From an uncultured Planctomycetota bacterium (GTDB taxonomy: Bacteria; Planctomycetota; Planctomycetia; Isosphaerales; Isosphaeraceae), in the NCBI GenBank assembly GCA_963823665.1, contig CAWGMQ010000004.1:544001-608000 (forward strand): a stretch of 64,000 nucleotides of DNA. The letters are read 5' to 3'. Position 1 is the stretch's first letter, and each line of letters opens with the position of its first letter. Positions 55,393 to 64,000 of the stretch are shown piece after piece. The notes below the pieces were generated by a model. It was not told the origin of the DNA and made no database searches. It saw only the letters and a program-made list of their open reading frames with translations. Both the position numbers and the translations under genes were made by a program.

Positions 55393-56931
55393 TCAGGAAC
55401 TCGGCCTCGACCGTGCCAGTGGCCCCAAGACTCGCCTCCAGAGCCGCGTATGCCGAAGCCCGCCAAGTGCGACCCAGAACGCCGCATAAGTGATCGCCCC
55501 GCCCCCAACAGCCAGCAGCACATGAATGTGCTTGAGAGCCAGGCAAACCGGGATCATGGCGAGCGAGGACAGTACAGGACGGCCCAGATGATGATGCCAC
55601 GCCGGCTGACGTCCTTCCCGCGCCAGGCACCCATATCCCGTGAGCACCAGCCCCAATCCGATCAGCAGCACGCCCAGTGACGCCCCGGGAAGACCAAAAC
55701 GCAGCACGAGCAAGCCGACGAGTGGGACGATTCCAATCGCGCCGGCGACGAGCGTCCGCACGCCCACCGACTCGCGATTAAGCGCGATGAGCGTCGTCTG
55801 ATACAGATAAGCCAGGATCAAGAGCGGCGCGCGCCAGATACCCAGCGCCAGCAGCGTGCCGGCGCCGGCATACGCCGAGGGAAGCACGAGATGCACGAGC
55901 GGATCGGCAAGCACCGTGCAGCCCACAGCGACCGGCACCAGCCCCGTCATCAGCACTTCAACCAGCGAGTCAAGCGCTTCACGCCCGGCGTCGGCCTGCT
56001 CGCGCCACAACCGGGACAGGGCCGGAAACGCCGCTTGCTGAAGGATCAGACCGAACGTCAATAGCGCCGTGACCATCCGGTACGGAGCACCATAGAGCCC
56101 GACATCTCCCCACGAGCTCATGAAACCAACGACCAGCAGGTCGGCCGAGATGATCACGGCCTGCGAGAGCTGAATCAAGCAGACGGTGCGGCCACGCTGC
56201 ACAATGATCGACAGGAACCGCAAACTGATCCGCGGACGCGGCAACCGGTAATTCTTCAAGTAGCTCATCCAGACCAGACTGATTCCCACCGCCTCGCCGC
56301 CCGTGAGCCAGACCGGAACCCACGCAATCCGGCTCGCGTCGCGCACGCACAGCAGCACCCCAATCGCGTAGATGCCGGTTCGTATGCAAAGCGAGAGCGC
56401 AACAAGCCCCATGCGCTCCGTCCCTCGAAAGACGTAATCGAGCCCCGTCGCCGTGGTGAAGAGCATGGAGCCGTAAAGCATCAGCGTCCGTAAATCTGAA
56501 CGGTCCGACAACGTCAATGAGCCGACGAGCGCCAGCAACGAGAAGAGCATCAGGGCAAACAATGTCTTGTACGCCAGGACCTGGTCCACAAGTGGCCGAA
56601 TCAATCGAGGATGCCGTGATAGCTCGCGAGCAACGATCACATCGCTGCTATCCCGCAACAGCAGCACAAGCCAGAACACTACGTTGAAGGCAAATTCGAT
56701 ACGACCGTATCCATCCACCCCCAGGCGCTTGGCGAGCGACAACGTCACAATCACCGACGTCGTGCGGCAAACCAGCTCCGCGACACTCAAGAACGCGAAA
56801 TTCGACGCAATTCGCCGTCGCGTCGGACTGTCGACCCTTCGCGCCGTACAAGCGTGCACTGCAAGCCGGGGCGCGCCTGGCTTCCCTTCCCTGGTCGGTC
56901 GCGGTCGCGCTTTGACAGATGCGCTGGCCAT
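55393..56931 (-). CDS. Wzx-like oligosaccharide flippase
   Basis: 12-14 TM pattern; LAKRLGVDGYG, D...VG.......VGLYGAPYR. Confidence 0.88.
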   Translation of the reverse strand: MASASVKARPRPTREGKPGAPRLAVHACTARRVDSPTRRRIASNFAFLSVAELVCRTTSVIVTLSLAKRLGVDGYGRIEFAFNVVFWLVLLLRDSSDVIVARELSRHPRLIRPLVDQVLAYKTLFALMLFSLLALVGSLTLSDRSDLRTLMLYGSMLFTTATGLDYVFRGTERMGLVALSLCIRTGIYAIGVLLCVRDASRIAWVPVWLTGGEAVGISLVWMSYLKNYRLPRPRISLRFLSIIVQRGRTVCLIQLSQAVIISADLLVVGFMSSWGDVGLYGAPYRMVTALLTFGLILQQAAFPALSRLWREQADAGREALDSLVEVLMTGLVPVAVGCTVLADPLVHLVLPSAYAGAGTLLALGIWRAPLLILAYLYQTTLIALNRESVGVRTLVAGAIGIVPLVGLLVLRFGLPGASLGVLLIGLGLVLTGYGCLAREGRQPAWHHHLGRPVLSSLAMIPVCLALKHIHVLLAVGGGAITYAAFWVALGGLRHTRLWRRVLGPLARSRPSS

Positions 56932-57207
56932 TCGAGAGGGCACTTCCTTGTGCAGTTGAACCAAGGCCTGCAGCACAACGAGCTTTACCCGCTCGCTGAT
57001 AGTCTTCCCAGGTTAATCGGACTTCCTGCCTTTGCCACCTTAACGTGATTAAGGCCACGAGGTGATTGCGCTACCTGATGAATCGCAGGATCGGCATTAC
57101 CCTCGACGACGGAATCCGAAAGGATGGGCGGAAGCGCGGGCATCGTAGTGGCGTGCCGCAAGAGTGTCAATTGAAGGTTCTGGCCCTCGCCATGAAATTC
57201 TGTTCAG

Positions 57208-58269
57208 TCAATTCCCGCTCCGCCGTCTGAGCCGGTCGAGAGTGACGGCTGCAATGATAATGATGCCGATGAAAATATCGCGGCTCGACTCAGAAATATT
57301 GGCATGGAAGCAGCCGTTCGCCAGAACGGCCATGATCAAGCAGCCGATCAAGGTTCCGAGCACCGTTCCTTCGCCGCCGCTCAAGCTGCCGCCGCCGATG
57401 ACCACCGCCGCGATCACTTGCAGCTCGAGTCCTTGGGCCGAAGTCGGGTCGCCCGTACCGCCAAGGTACACGAACATGAGAACACCCGCCAACCCGGTCG
57501 CCACTCCGCCAATCGTGTAAACAATCAACTTGAACAAGGGTACGTTGATCCCGCACAGCCGCGCCGTCGCTTCGTTCGAGCCAATCGCATAAACGTATCG
57601 TCCAAGAAGACTGTATCGCAGCGATAGCGCGACCACCACGCTCAGCAAGAGGACAACCCAGACCCCTGGCGCAAGGATCAGCCAGCGCGGCTCGGGCTCG
57701 ACCTTCAAGATCACGCCAAACCACCACGGCTTCATTTCACCCGGAATATACACCGTCGTGTTCGAAGCCAGCCACTTTGCCAGCCCGCGATAGATTGTGT
57801 ACGTCCCCAGCGTCACGATGAACGGCACGACGCGAAGCGTCGCAATGAGCGCACCGTTGATCGCGCCGCAGAGCGTGCCCACGGCAACGCCCATCACCAG
57901 CGCCATCGGCAACAAAACCCTCCACTCACGCAAAGTCTCGGGGAGCACCGGGTCGAGCTTCTTCATCACCAGAGCAATGCAAACCGTCACGAGCGCGACC
58001 GTCGACCCGACCGACAGGTCGATCCCACCCGCGATCATGATCATCGTCATGCCGAGCGCAGCCATCGCCACGATGACCGATTGCACCGCGATCGACTGCC
58101 AGTTATAGAGCGTGAAAAAATGGCCCGTTTCACGTGTCAGTCCGGCGAAAAGGAGCGTGATGAGCACGAGCCCCACAAACGGCCCGAACACATTCCACAC
58201 CCTGCCAACCGCGCCACGCAGCACGAAACCGAAACGACCTCGCTGTTTGGGATCGAGCTTCGCGGCCAC
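57208..58269 (-). CDS. Sugar ABC transporter permease (RbsC-like)
   Basis: GGIDLSVGS, PFIVTLG, GRYVYAIGSNE..ARLCGI, ELQVIAAVVIGG.SL.GG.G. Confidence 0.92.
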   Translation of the reverse strand: MAAKLDPKQRGRFGFVLRGAVGRVWNVFGPFVGLVLITLLFAGLTRETGHFFTLYNWQSIAVQSVIVAMAALGMTMIMIAGGIDLSVGSTVALVTVCIALVMKKLDPVLPETLREWRVLLPMALVMGVAVGTLCGAINGALIATLRVVPFIVTLGTYTIYRGLAKWLASNTTVYIPGEMKPWWFGVILKVEPEPRWLILAPGVWVVLLLSVVVALSLRYSLLGRYVYAIGSNEATARLCGINVPLFKLIVYTIGGVATGLAGVLMFVYLGGTGDPTSAQGLELQVIAAVVIGGGSLSGGEGTVLGTLIGCLIMAVLANGCFHANISESSRDIFIGIIIIAAVTLDRLRRRSGN

Positions 58270-58331
58270 GTCGCTCTTCCTGTTGTTGAATGCGAAAGAG
58301 ATTCTCAAAAATGAACCGCTCACATCAAAGG

Positions 58332-59867
58332 CTATCTGCCCTCGCTAGCAGCCAGCGGCTCCGTACGCGTGGCGACTTCCATCAATTCGTGCTCGGTCCA
58401 CTGCGCCGTCGCGCGAGCTTCGCAAAGCTCCCCGCGCGCCATCACCGCGATCCGGTCGCAGATTCCAAACAGCTCGGGAAGATACGAGCTGACGACCAGG
58501 ATCGCCTTCCCCTCGGCTGCCAGCTCACCGATCAACCGATAAATCTCCGCTTTCGAGCCCACGTCAATCCCGCGCGTCGGCTCGTCCAGAAGCAAGACGT
58601 CAGCCTGCTGGTGCAGCAGCCGCGAGAGCGCAATTTTCTGCTGGTTCCCACCGGAAAGCGCCGCCACGGTTTGCCCCGGCCCGGTGGCAGTCACGTGCAA
58701 GCGATCGAGCCATCGAGCCACTTCCGCCCGCCGCTCTTTGAGTCGCAGCCAGCCATGCCGCGCGTGCCGCTTGAGCGCCGAATACGTGACGTTGTCTTCA
58801 ATCGAGCGATTGAGCGCCAGCCCCTCCGTCTTGCGGTCCTCACTCAGAAACCCAACGCCCTGACCGATGCGGGCCCTGGGAGCTGCGTAGCCTCCTTCGA
58901 AGTGATGAACCCGGATCAGCCCTGAGACAACCGGCGCAAGCCCGAACAACGCGCGCAATAACGTCGTGCGGCCCGCGCCGACCAAACCCGCAATACCGAC
59001 AATCTCCCCGCGCCGCAGCACCAGGCTCGCAGGGGCCCCCGTCTTCCAGACTCGCAGTTTCTCGAGCACCAGGATCGGCTCGCCCGGTGTGTGCGGCACG
59101 TGCGGAAACAGCTCATCCAGCTCTCGGCCCACCATCTGGGTAATGATCGACTTCATCTCCGTGCCGGCAAGCTTCCCGCCCGCGACGGCCCGGCCGTCTC
59201 GCAGCACCGTGAACGTCTGCGCCACCCGGCGCACCTCCTCAAGGAAATGGCTGATGTAGATGATTCCCAATCCGCGCTTCCTCAGGCGGTCGATGATCGC
59301 GAACAGCCGCACCGCGTCCCCTTCGGAAAGACTGCTGGTGGGCTCGTCGAACACGATGACCTGCGCGCTCGATACCAGCGCCCGGGCCACCTCCACCAAC
59401 TGCTGGGCACCGACCCCCAGGCTATCCACCCGCGCCTCGGGGCGGATGTCCGGGTGATCGAGCAGCGCCAGGGCCTCGCTCACCACCCGCCGATGCTCGC
59501 GCCGATCAATCAGGCCCGATTTGACCTTCTCCTGACCGAGCATCACATTGGCCTCCACAGAAAGGTGCGGCGCCAGGGCGAGCTCTTGATAGATCATCGC
59601 CACGCCACGCGCCAGCGCATCGCGCGGACCACGCGGCGCGTAAGGTGCTCCGCTCAGATTCATCGAGCCCGAATCCGGCCGCACCGCGCCGCTCAGGATC
59701 TTCATCAGCGTGCTCTTGCCCGCGCCGTTCTCCCCGATCAACGCGCGCACTTCGCCGCTCTCCAGCTCGAGCGAGACGCGATCGAGTGCGCGCGTCGCTC
59801 CAAATGTCTTGCTCACGTCGCGCATTTCCAGAAGCACGGCACCGCGCCTTTCCGCCCTACGCGTCAC
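58332..59867 (-). CDS. Sugar ABC transporter ATP-binding protein (RbsA-like, tandem NBD)
   Basis: GENGAGKST, FDEPT, LSGGNQQK, LDEPTRGIDVGSK. Confidence 0.95.
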   Translation of the reverse strand: MTRRAERRGAVLLEMRDVSKTFGATRALDRVSLELESGEVRALIGENGAGKSTLMKILSGAVRPDSGSMNLSGAPYAPRGPRDALARGVAMIYQELALAPHLSVEANVMLGQEKVKSGLIDRREHRRVVSEALALLDHPDIRPEARVDSLGVGAQQLVEVARALVSSAQVIVFDEPTSSLSEGDAVRLFAIIDRLRKRGLGIIYISHFLEEVRRVAQTFTVLRDGRAVAGGKLAGTEMKSIITQMVGRELDELFPHVPHTPGEPILVLEKLRVWKTGAPASLVLRRGEIVGIAGLVGAGRTTLLRALFGLAPVVSGLIRVHHFEGGYAAPRARIGQGVGFLSEDRKTEGLALNRSIEDNVTYSALKRHARHGWLRLKERRAEVARWLDRLHVTATGPGQTVAALSGGNQQKIALSRLLHQQADVLLLDEPTRGIDVGSKAEIYRLIGELAAEGKAILVVSSYLPELFGICDRIAVMARGELCEARATAQWTEHELMEVATRTEPLAASEGR

Positions 59868-61066
59868 GGCCCAGCGGAGAGCATCCCGGCGCCGTCCAGC
59901 GCCCGCAGCATGCCGAAGGTACTCGACTCGTTGGGACAGAAAATCCCGTCGACCTGCCCTCGATATCGCGTCACCAGGCTCTGGGCTTTCTGCTGGGCCA
60001 AGTCGGAAGTCGAGCCGGCGTACTCCGAGTCGGAGATCAGCTTGATCTTGGGAAACTCCTTGGCGAGCGTGTCGGTAAACCCCTTCTCTCGCTGCTCCGT
60101 GCTCTCGGATCCAACGGCGTAGCGCAGCAAGATTACCCGTCCTTCGCCTTTGAGCAGTTCACCGAGCCGCTGTGCCGCCAGCACACCGCCGTGATAGTTG
60201 TTGGTGGCGATATAGCTCACCGGCTTGGTCGATTCCAGCGCCGAGTCGTAGATGAGCACCGGTATCCCCTTGGCAATCGCGGCCTCGATCGGCTCTACAA
60301 GCGCCCGCGAATCGAGCGGGGCGATCACAATCCCGTCCACTCCCGCCGCAACTGCGTTCTGAACGAGCTGGATCTGAAACACGCGGTCGTCTTCCTTCTG
60401 CGGTCCCTGCCAGATCACCTCGACGTTCCCCAGCTCCTTTGCGGCTTGCAAGGTACCGGCATGAAGCGTCTTCCAGAACTCGTGCGTCGTACCCTTGGGA
60501 ATCACGATCACCCTGTATTTCTTGGCCTTGGTTCCCGACAGGCTCACCTCGCTCGCATTGTCAACCTGGGGCGGATGAATGAGCGGAGCGATGTCCGGAT
60601 CTTTCATGTTTTGAGGCGTGACCAGCGTCTCACCGGTCGAGATCTGTTTATCGACCGTTTGCTTCTCGAGATGTTTGACCATCGTCTCGACGCTGAGCTT
60701 GCCCATGCGAAGCGGGTTTTGCACAACCAATCCCTGGATCTTCCCCTGGCGCATCGCATCGACCAGCACCTCGCTGGCGTCAAAGCCGACGAAGACCAGC
60801 CCCTTCGTCGGGCCCGAGCGTTTCGTGCCCGCAGGCGATCCCGTCGAGTCGCCCGACCCGCCACAACCGACAGCCCCGACCAGCAACACCAAAGAGATCC
60901 ACAACCCACGATTCAAGCCTCGCCGTTCACTCCGCGAACGGGTGCCACCGCTCGCGAGCACCAAGCGGGCGCCGCTTCTTCCTCTTGAGTGTCGTCCTTC
61001 GCTCCGCGAAGGGCCATCGCCTGCGTGCACCAAGAATGAAGTGCCGCACTTGCCGTTCAAAGACAT
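59864..61066 (-). CDS. Sugar ABC substrate-binding lipoprotein (RbsB-like), apparently circularly permuted; true start uncertain
   Basis: Lipobox-like LLVGAVGC. The segment FVGFD...VVQNP..MG...TG..LVT.QN comes before VIPKGTTHEFWK...GIFCPNESS. Confidence 0.85.
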   Translation of the reverse strand: MSLNGKCGTSFLVHAGDGPSRSEGRHSRGRSGARLVLASGGTRSRSERRGLNRGLWISLVLLVGAVGCGGSGDSTGSPAGTKRSGPTKGLVFVGFDASEVLVDAMRQGKIQGLVVQNPLRMGKLSVETMVKHLEKQTVDKQISTGETLVTPQNMKDPDIAPLIHPPQVDNASEVSLSGTKAKKYRVIVIPKGTTHEFWKTLHAGTLQAAKELGNVEVIWQGPQKEDDRVFQIQLVQNAVAAGVDGIVIAPLDSRALVEPIEAAIAKGIPVLIYDSALESTKPVSYIATNNYHGGVLAAQRLGELLKGEGRVILLRYAVGSESTEQREKGFTDTLAKEFPKIKLISDSEYAGSTSDLAQQKAQSLVTRYRGQVDGIFCPNESSTFGMLRALDGAGMLSAGP

Positions 61067-61501
61067 GATTGTGTTCCCTGGCTCGACCCGGTTAGCAAAA
61101 GGTGAGCATCATCGTAAGAGCCGCCGTTTTGCCGAGTCAAGGCGGCAGGCGCTTCGACTCGTTGCACTGAACTGCACTCGATTGCACTGATTTCGAGTCG
61201 CTCGACCGCACCACGCCTGCGGCTGCTCTATCTTAGTCCCGCCCTCCACGTTCAACCCTCCACTCTCACCGACGAGTTCCTCTGAAAATTGACCCTCCAC
61301 AGGCGGCTGGCCCCAAACCGCGGCACGGACGTCCACGAGCATAACTCAGGCCAGCGCCATTTTCATGGGGCTGGTGCCCCTCCTTCCGGACATGACCGTT
61401 CTTATCCACCAAGGCTTAAAGGCACACACACATGCCCCAGCGCCGTTGTCGCCGGCCCCCAATCGCGCCGCGAATGCAACCGGATGTCTCCCTTTCGTTA
61501 T

Positions 61502-61538
61502 CCTCCGCCCTCCGCCCTCCGCCCTCCGCCCTCCGTCC
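61502..61538 (+). repeat. Heptamer tandem repeat (CCTCCGC)n
   Basis: About five units; reverse complement of the tract near 33235. Confidence 0.8.
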
Positions 61539-61781
61539 TCACTTGACGGGAATCTCATACCGGATGAATCCGAGCAGGTCACCCTCTTTTACACCATGGC
61601 ACTTTGCGCATTTGTTGGTTAGGGCCGGCACGACCGTCGCAACATGAAGTTTGCGTTCGGAGCCCGCGCCGGTAACCTCCTCAAAATACGGCTTGCCCGC
61701 TTGCATGGCCTCGGCGGCCCGTTTCTCGAAATCCGTTTGCGGCAGGTTCGCCTCATTCTGCGGCGACCCGGAGGCGTCAAC
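61539..61781 (-). pseudogene. 3' fragment of a DUF3365-like c-type heme protein
   Basis: Own translation: VDASGSPQNEANLPQTDFEKRAAEAMQAGKPYFEEV...VPALTNKCAKCHGVKEGDLLGFIRYEIPVK*. Has CxxCH; no start. Confidence 0.7.
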
Positions 61782-61782
61782 G

Positions 61783-62092
61783 GGGATTGAACAAAGCGGG
61801 GCTGGTCGGCTCCGAGCGCGGCGTGGGCGGCGGTTTTGTGCTGACCCGCTCGCTCGATGACCTCACCGTGCTCGATGTGATCAACGCGGTCGATCCTCTC
61901 AAGCGAATCACTCACTGTCCTCTCCTACTTTCTGCGCACCGAAAGCAACTTTGCTCATTGCACAAACGCCTCGACGAAGGGATTGCTCTGATCGAGTCGC
62001 TCTTCGACGGGACGACAATCGCGCAGTTGCTCGCAGAAGCGAATCCGAGCAAACCCCTTTGCGACGAGGTCCAGCCCACTGCGACGCGTTGA
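61783..62092 (+). pseudogene. 5'-truncated Rrf2-family regulator
   Basis: LNKAGLVGSERGVGGGFVL...TVLDVINAVD...CPL.....LCSLH; the N-terminal HTH helices are missing. Confidence 0.75.
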
Positions 62093-62174
62093 GCGCACGG
62101 TGAGACCCTTAGGAACGGGCCGGAACCAAATTCCGTCGATTTACGTGAAGTGCGCCGCGGAGCGGCACAAAGAC

Positions 62175-62199
62175 CGTTCCGACGCAGAGCGTCGGAACG
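62175..62199. repeat. REP-like hairpin
   Basis: CGTTCCGACGC-AGA-GCGTCGGAACG, a perfect 11-bp stem. Confidence 0.7.
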
Positions 62200-62349
62200 A
62201 GGGCTTTCCGTCGTGGTAGGATTGAGACCGAAATCGGGAAGTTATTTCCGGCCTGTTCCTTAGCCGCGACGAGACCCGCGCGGAGCCCCGGCCCTCGGCC
62301 GGCCACTCGGATCTTGATCGCCCGCGCAGTTCATTGCACACTCGGTGAC

Positions 62350-62562
62350 ATGGCGTCGACTGTGCCCGAGACCGAACGAACCGATGACGACCTGGCCGCC
62401 GTGGTCGCGAGGCGCGGAGAGTCCGAGGGGGCGCTGCACGCCGCCCGCGAAGCCTTTGAACAACTCTATCGCCGCCACGCGCCGTTGCTTCTCGCTTTCG
62501 TCGCGGCGCGAGTCCGGCCCACGGATCGCGAAGACCTGCACCAGGACGTTTGGGAGCGCGCA
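62350..62562 (+). pseudogene. ECF sigma factor N-terminal fragment
   Basis: TDDDL...AREAFEQLYRRH..LL.AFV..RV....REDLHQDVW.RA (region 2), after which similarity is lost. Confidence 0.7.
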
Positions 62563-62778
62563 TGTCAGGATCGAGCACCAACACCGGTGTCCCGGTACTT
62601 CTTGCCGAGGGCGATGCGCGAGCGATCAAGGCCCGCCGCGACGCCGCACTCAAATCGAAGATCGCGCCGAAAGAGGCGAAGCCAGCCCAGACGCCTTTGA
62701 AGGCCTGACATCGGAAGTTTCAATCCGAGGACACCGTACATTATTAGGTCGAAAGGGTTTTTGCGGGCCGGGGACACC

Positions 62779-63050
62779 AACCCAGTTCGAGCGGGGTTGG
62801 CCGAGGCGCCGTGCCGGTACCGATGGAGCAGCCCCGCAGCCCATGCACGCGGGCGAGGCTAATGGGTGGTAACGGTCGGTCCATTGCTCGAGCTGGCGCC
62901 GGACTGGTGCCGTTTTCTCGCGAGAGTGATCCGAGAGGAGGACAAAAAGCTCCTTTGCTCGCACGAACAAACCGGCCGGCCCCTCGGAGGCGAGGCGTGT
63001 CTTGGCAAGCTCGAGAAGAAGTTGAGGAGAATCCTAAAGAAGCAGAAACT
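62779..63050 (+). pseudogene. REP-associated tyrosine transposase (RAYT) C-terminal remnant
   Basis: NPVRAGL.....YRWSS.AAH, in-frame TAA at 62860-62862, then HEQTGRPLG. Confidence 0.7.
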
Positions 63051-63537
63051 TACGAGGGCAACAGTTCACTCAGAACCCTCGAAACACGAGCTCAAACGTC
63101 CGCGTTACGAGGGACTGGTGGTCGGCGGGGGTCTGCTGGCTCCCCAAGAGGATCGGAACGGTTTTGACGTTCCCCGCCCGGAGACGCAAAGCTGCGTCTT
63201 TTATCTCGCTCCGGTTCGCAATCCGCCTGCTCATGCTCGGCCTGACCTCGGGCTCGACGCGACCATGTTATGTCGCCCGCTGAGTTGGTTTCCGATGGCG
63301 GATAAGGCGCCATGAGTCCTGAACGCACAGGCGCAGATGCAGCCGCCGTGCGTGTATGCATGCATTCGTTCGGTTCAAGGAGCACGCGGAGTCCTTTCGG
63401 CGCGATTTGGTAGTTGCGTCCCGTCCGATTGAGGTAGCCATCGCGCTCGAGCGATTCCAGCAACTCCGAATAGTCGATCACGTCCATCGGTGCGAAGTGG
63501 ACGCGAAAATCCGCCGGCGATTGACACAATCCATCAT

Positions 63538-64000
63538 TTACCATCCAAAGCACGAAGCGCCTTTAAGGATCCGTCCTGATCTTCGCGTATTCCCACTCCT
63601 CCTCGGACGGAGGCCGGTCGATGACCATATCATGCGATGGTGCAGCGATGGTGCTGACGGGACGCTCCAGTTCTCGCGGTACGTCCGCTGAAACGCGATC
63701 TCGCGAAGGTACTCGACCCTCCGCACAGCCTCAGTCAGGACGCGGCATCCTTCGATGTCGTCGTCATTGTACCAGAAGACATTCCCCGGATGCTCCCGCG
63801 CGAGGCTGGCGATTGCGCCTTTGGCCGAATAACCCTCCGCGTACGCCTTTGGAACCATCACAAGGAACTTATAACTGACCTGCGGCTCGCCGCAGAAGTC
63901 ATGAAACTCAGCCGACGCACCTGCTGCGCCTTCCAGCAAGCTGATGATGAAATGGCACCGAGATGCTTGCACAAGCTCCTTCGTTTTCTCGGTCAAACCT
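63538..64000 (-). CDS. Hypothetical protein, 5' end outside the window
   Basis: Open frame with natural-looking composition (FIISLLEGAAGASAEFHDF); no family recognised. Confidence 0.35.
   Translation of the reverse strand, partial: GLTEKTKELVQASRCHFIISLLEGAAGASAEFHDFCGEPQVSYKFLVMVPKAYAEGYSAKGAIASLAREHPGNVFWYNDDDIEGCRVLTEAVRRVEYLREIAFQRTYRENWSVPSAPSLHHRMIWSSTGLRPRRSGNTRRSGRILKGASCFGW

Noticed and set aside
62860..62862. Recoded stop in the RAYT fragment
   Set aside because: It is TAA in a truncated remnant with no redox motif; an ordinary nonsense mutation.

Overview
The window has two parts. (1) Positions 1 to ~29,840 are the right-hand part of a mobile, plasmid-like island. It carries small leading-region-type genes, a MOBF (TrwC-like) relaxase-helicase with a candidate oriT, a frameshifted DarB-like methyltransferase-SNF2 helicase, a SNF2-mod-res-mod type III R-M locus, a tyrosine recombinase with a dif-like palindrome, a large N6-MTase plus PD-(D/E)XK nuclease pair, and an IS110 remnant. 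A complete iteron replicon follows (DnaA boxes, iterons, RPA-family RepA, ParA, RHH protein, centromere-like repeats). The island ends at a 5'-truncated tRNA-Leu(CAA) that looks like an att scar. (2) Positions ~29,840-64,000 look like Planctomycetota chromosome (inferred from gene content and repeat types). This part has a probable SELENON-like selenoprotein (in-frame TGA in DDERC-U-G followed by a hairpin), a REP/simple-repeat mosaic, a MoxR-DUF58-BatA/vWA operon, glycosylation genes, a tyrosine-catabolism operon led by a heme-oxygenase-like diiron enzyme, a GtaA-like glutaminase-family protein, a sugar ABC transporter whose binding protein appears circularly permuted, and a decayed right end. 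Many genes contain single-base frameshifts, most likely long-read assembly errors. All family calls come from motif recognition by eye; no searches were run.
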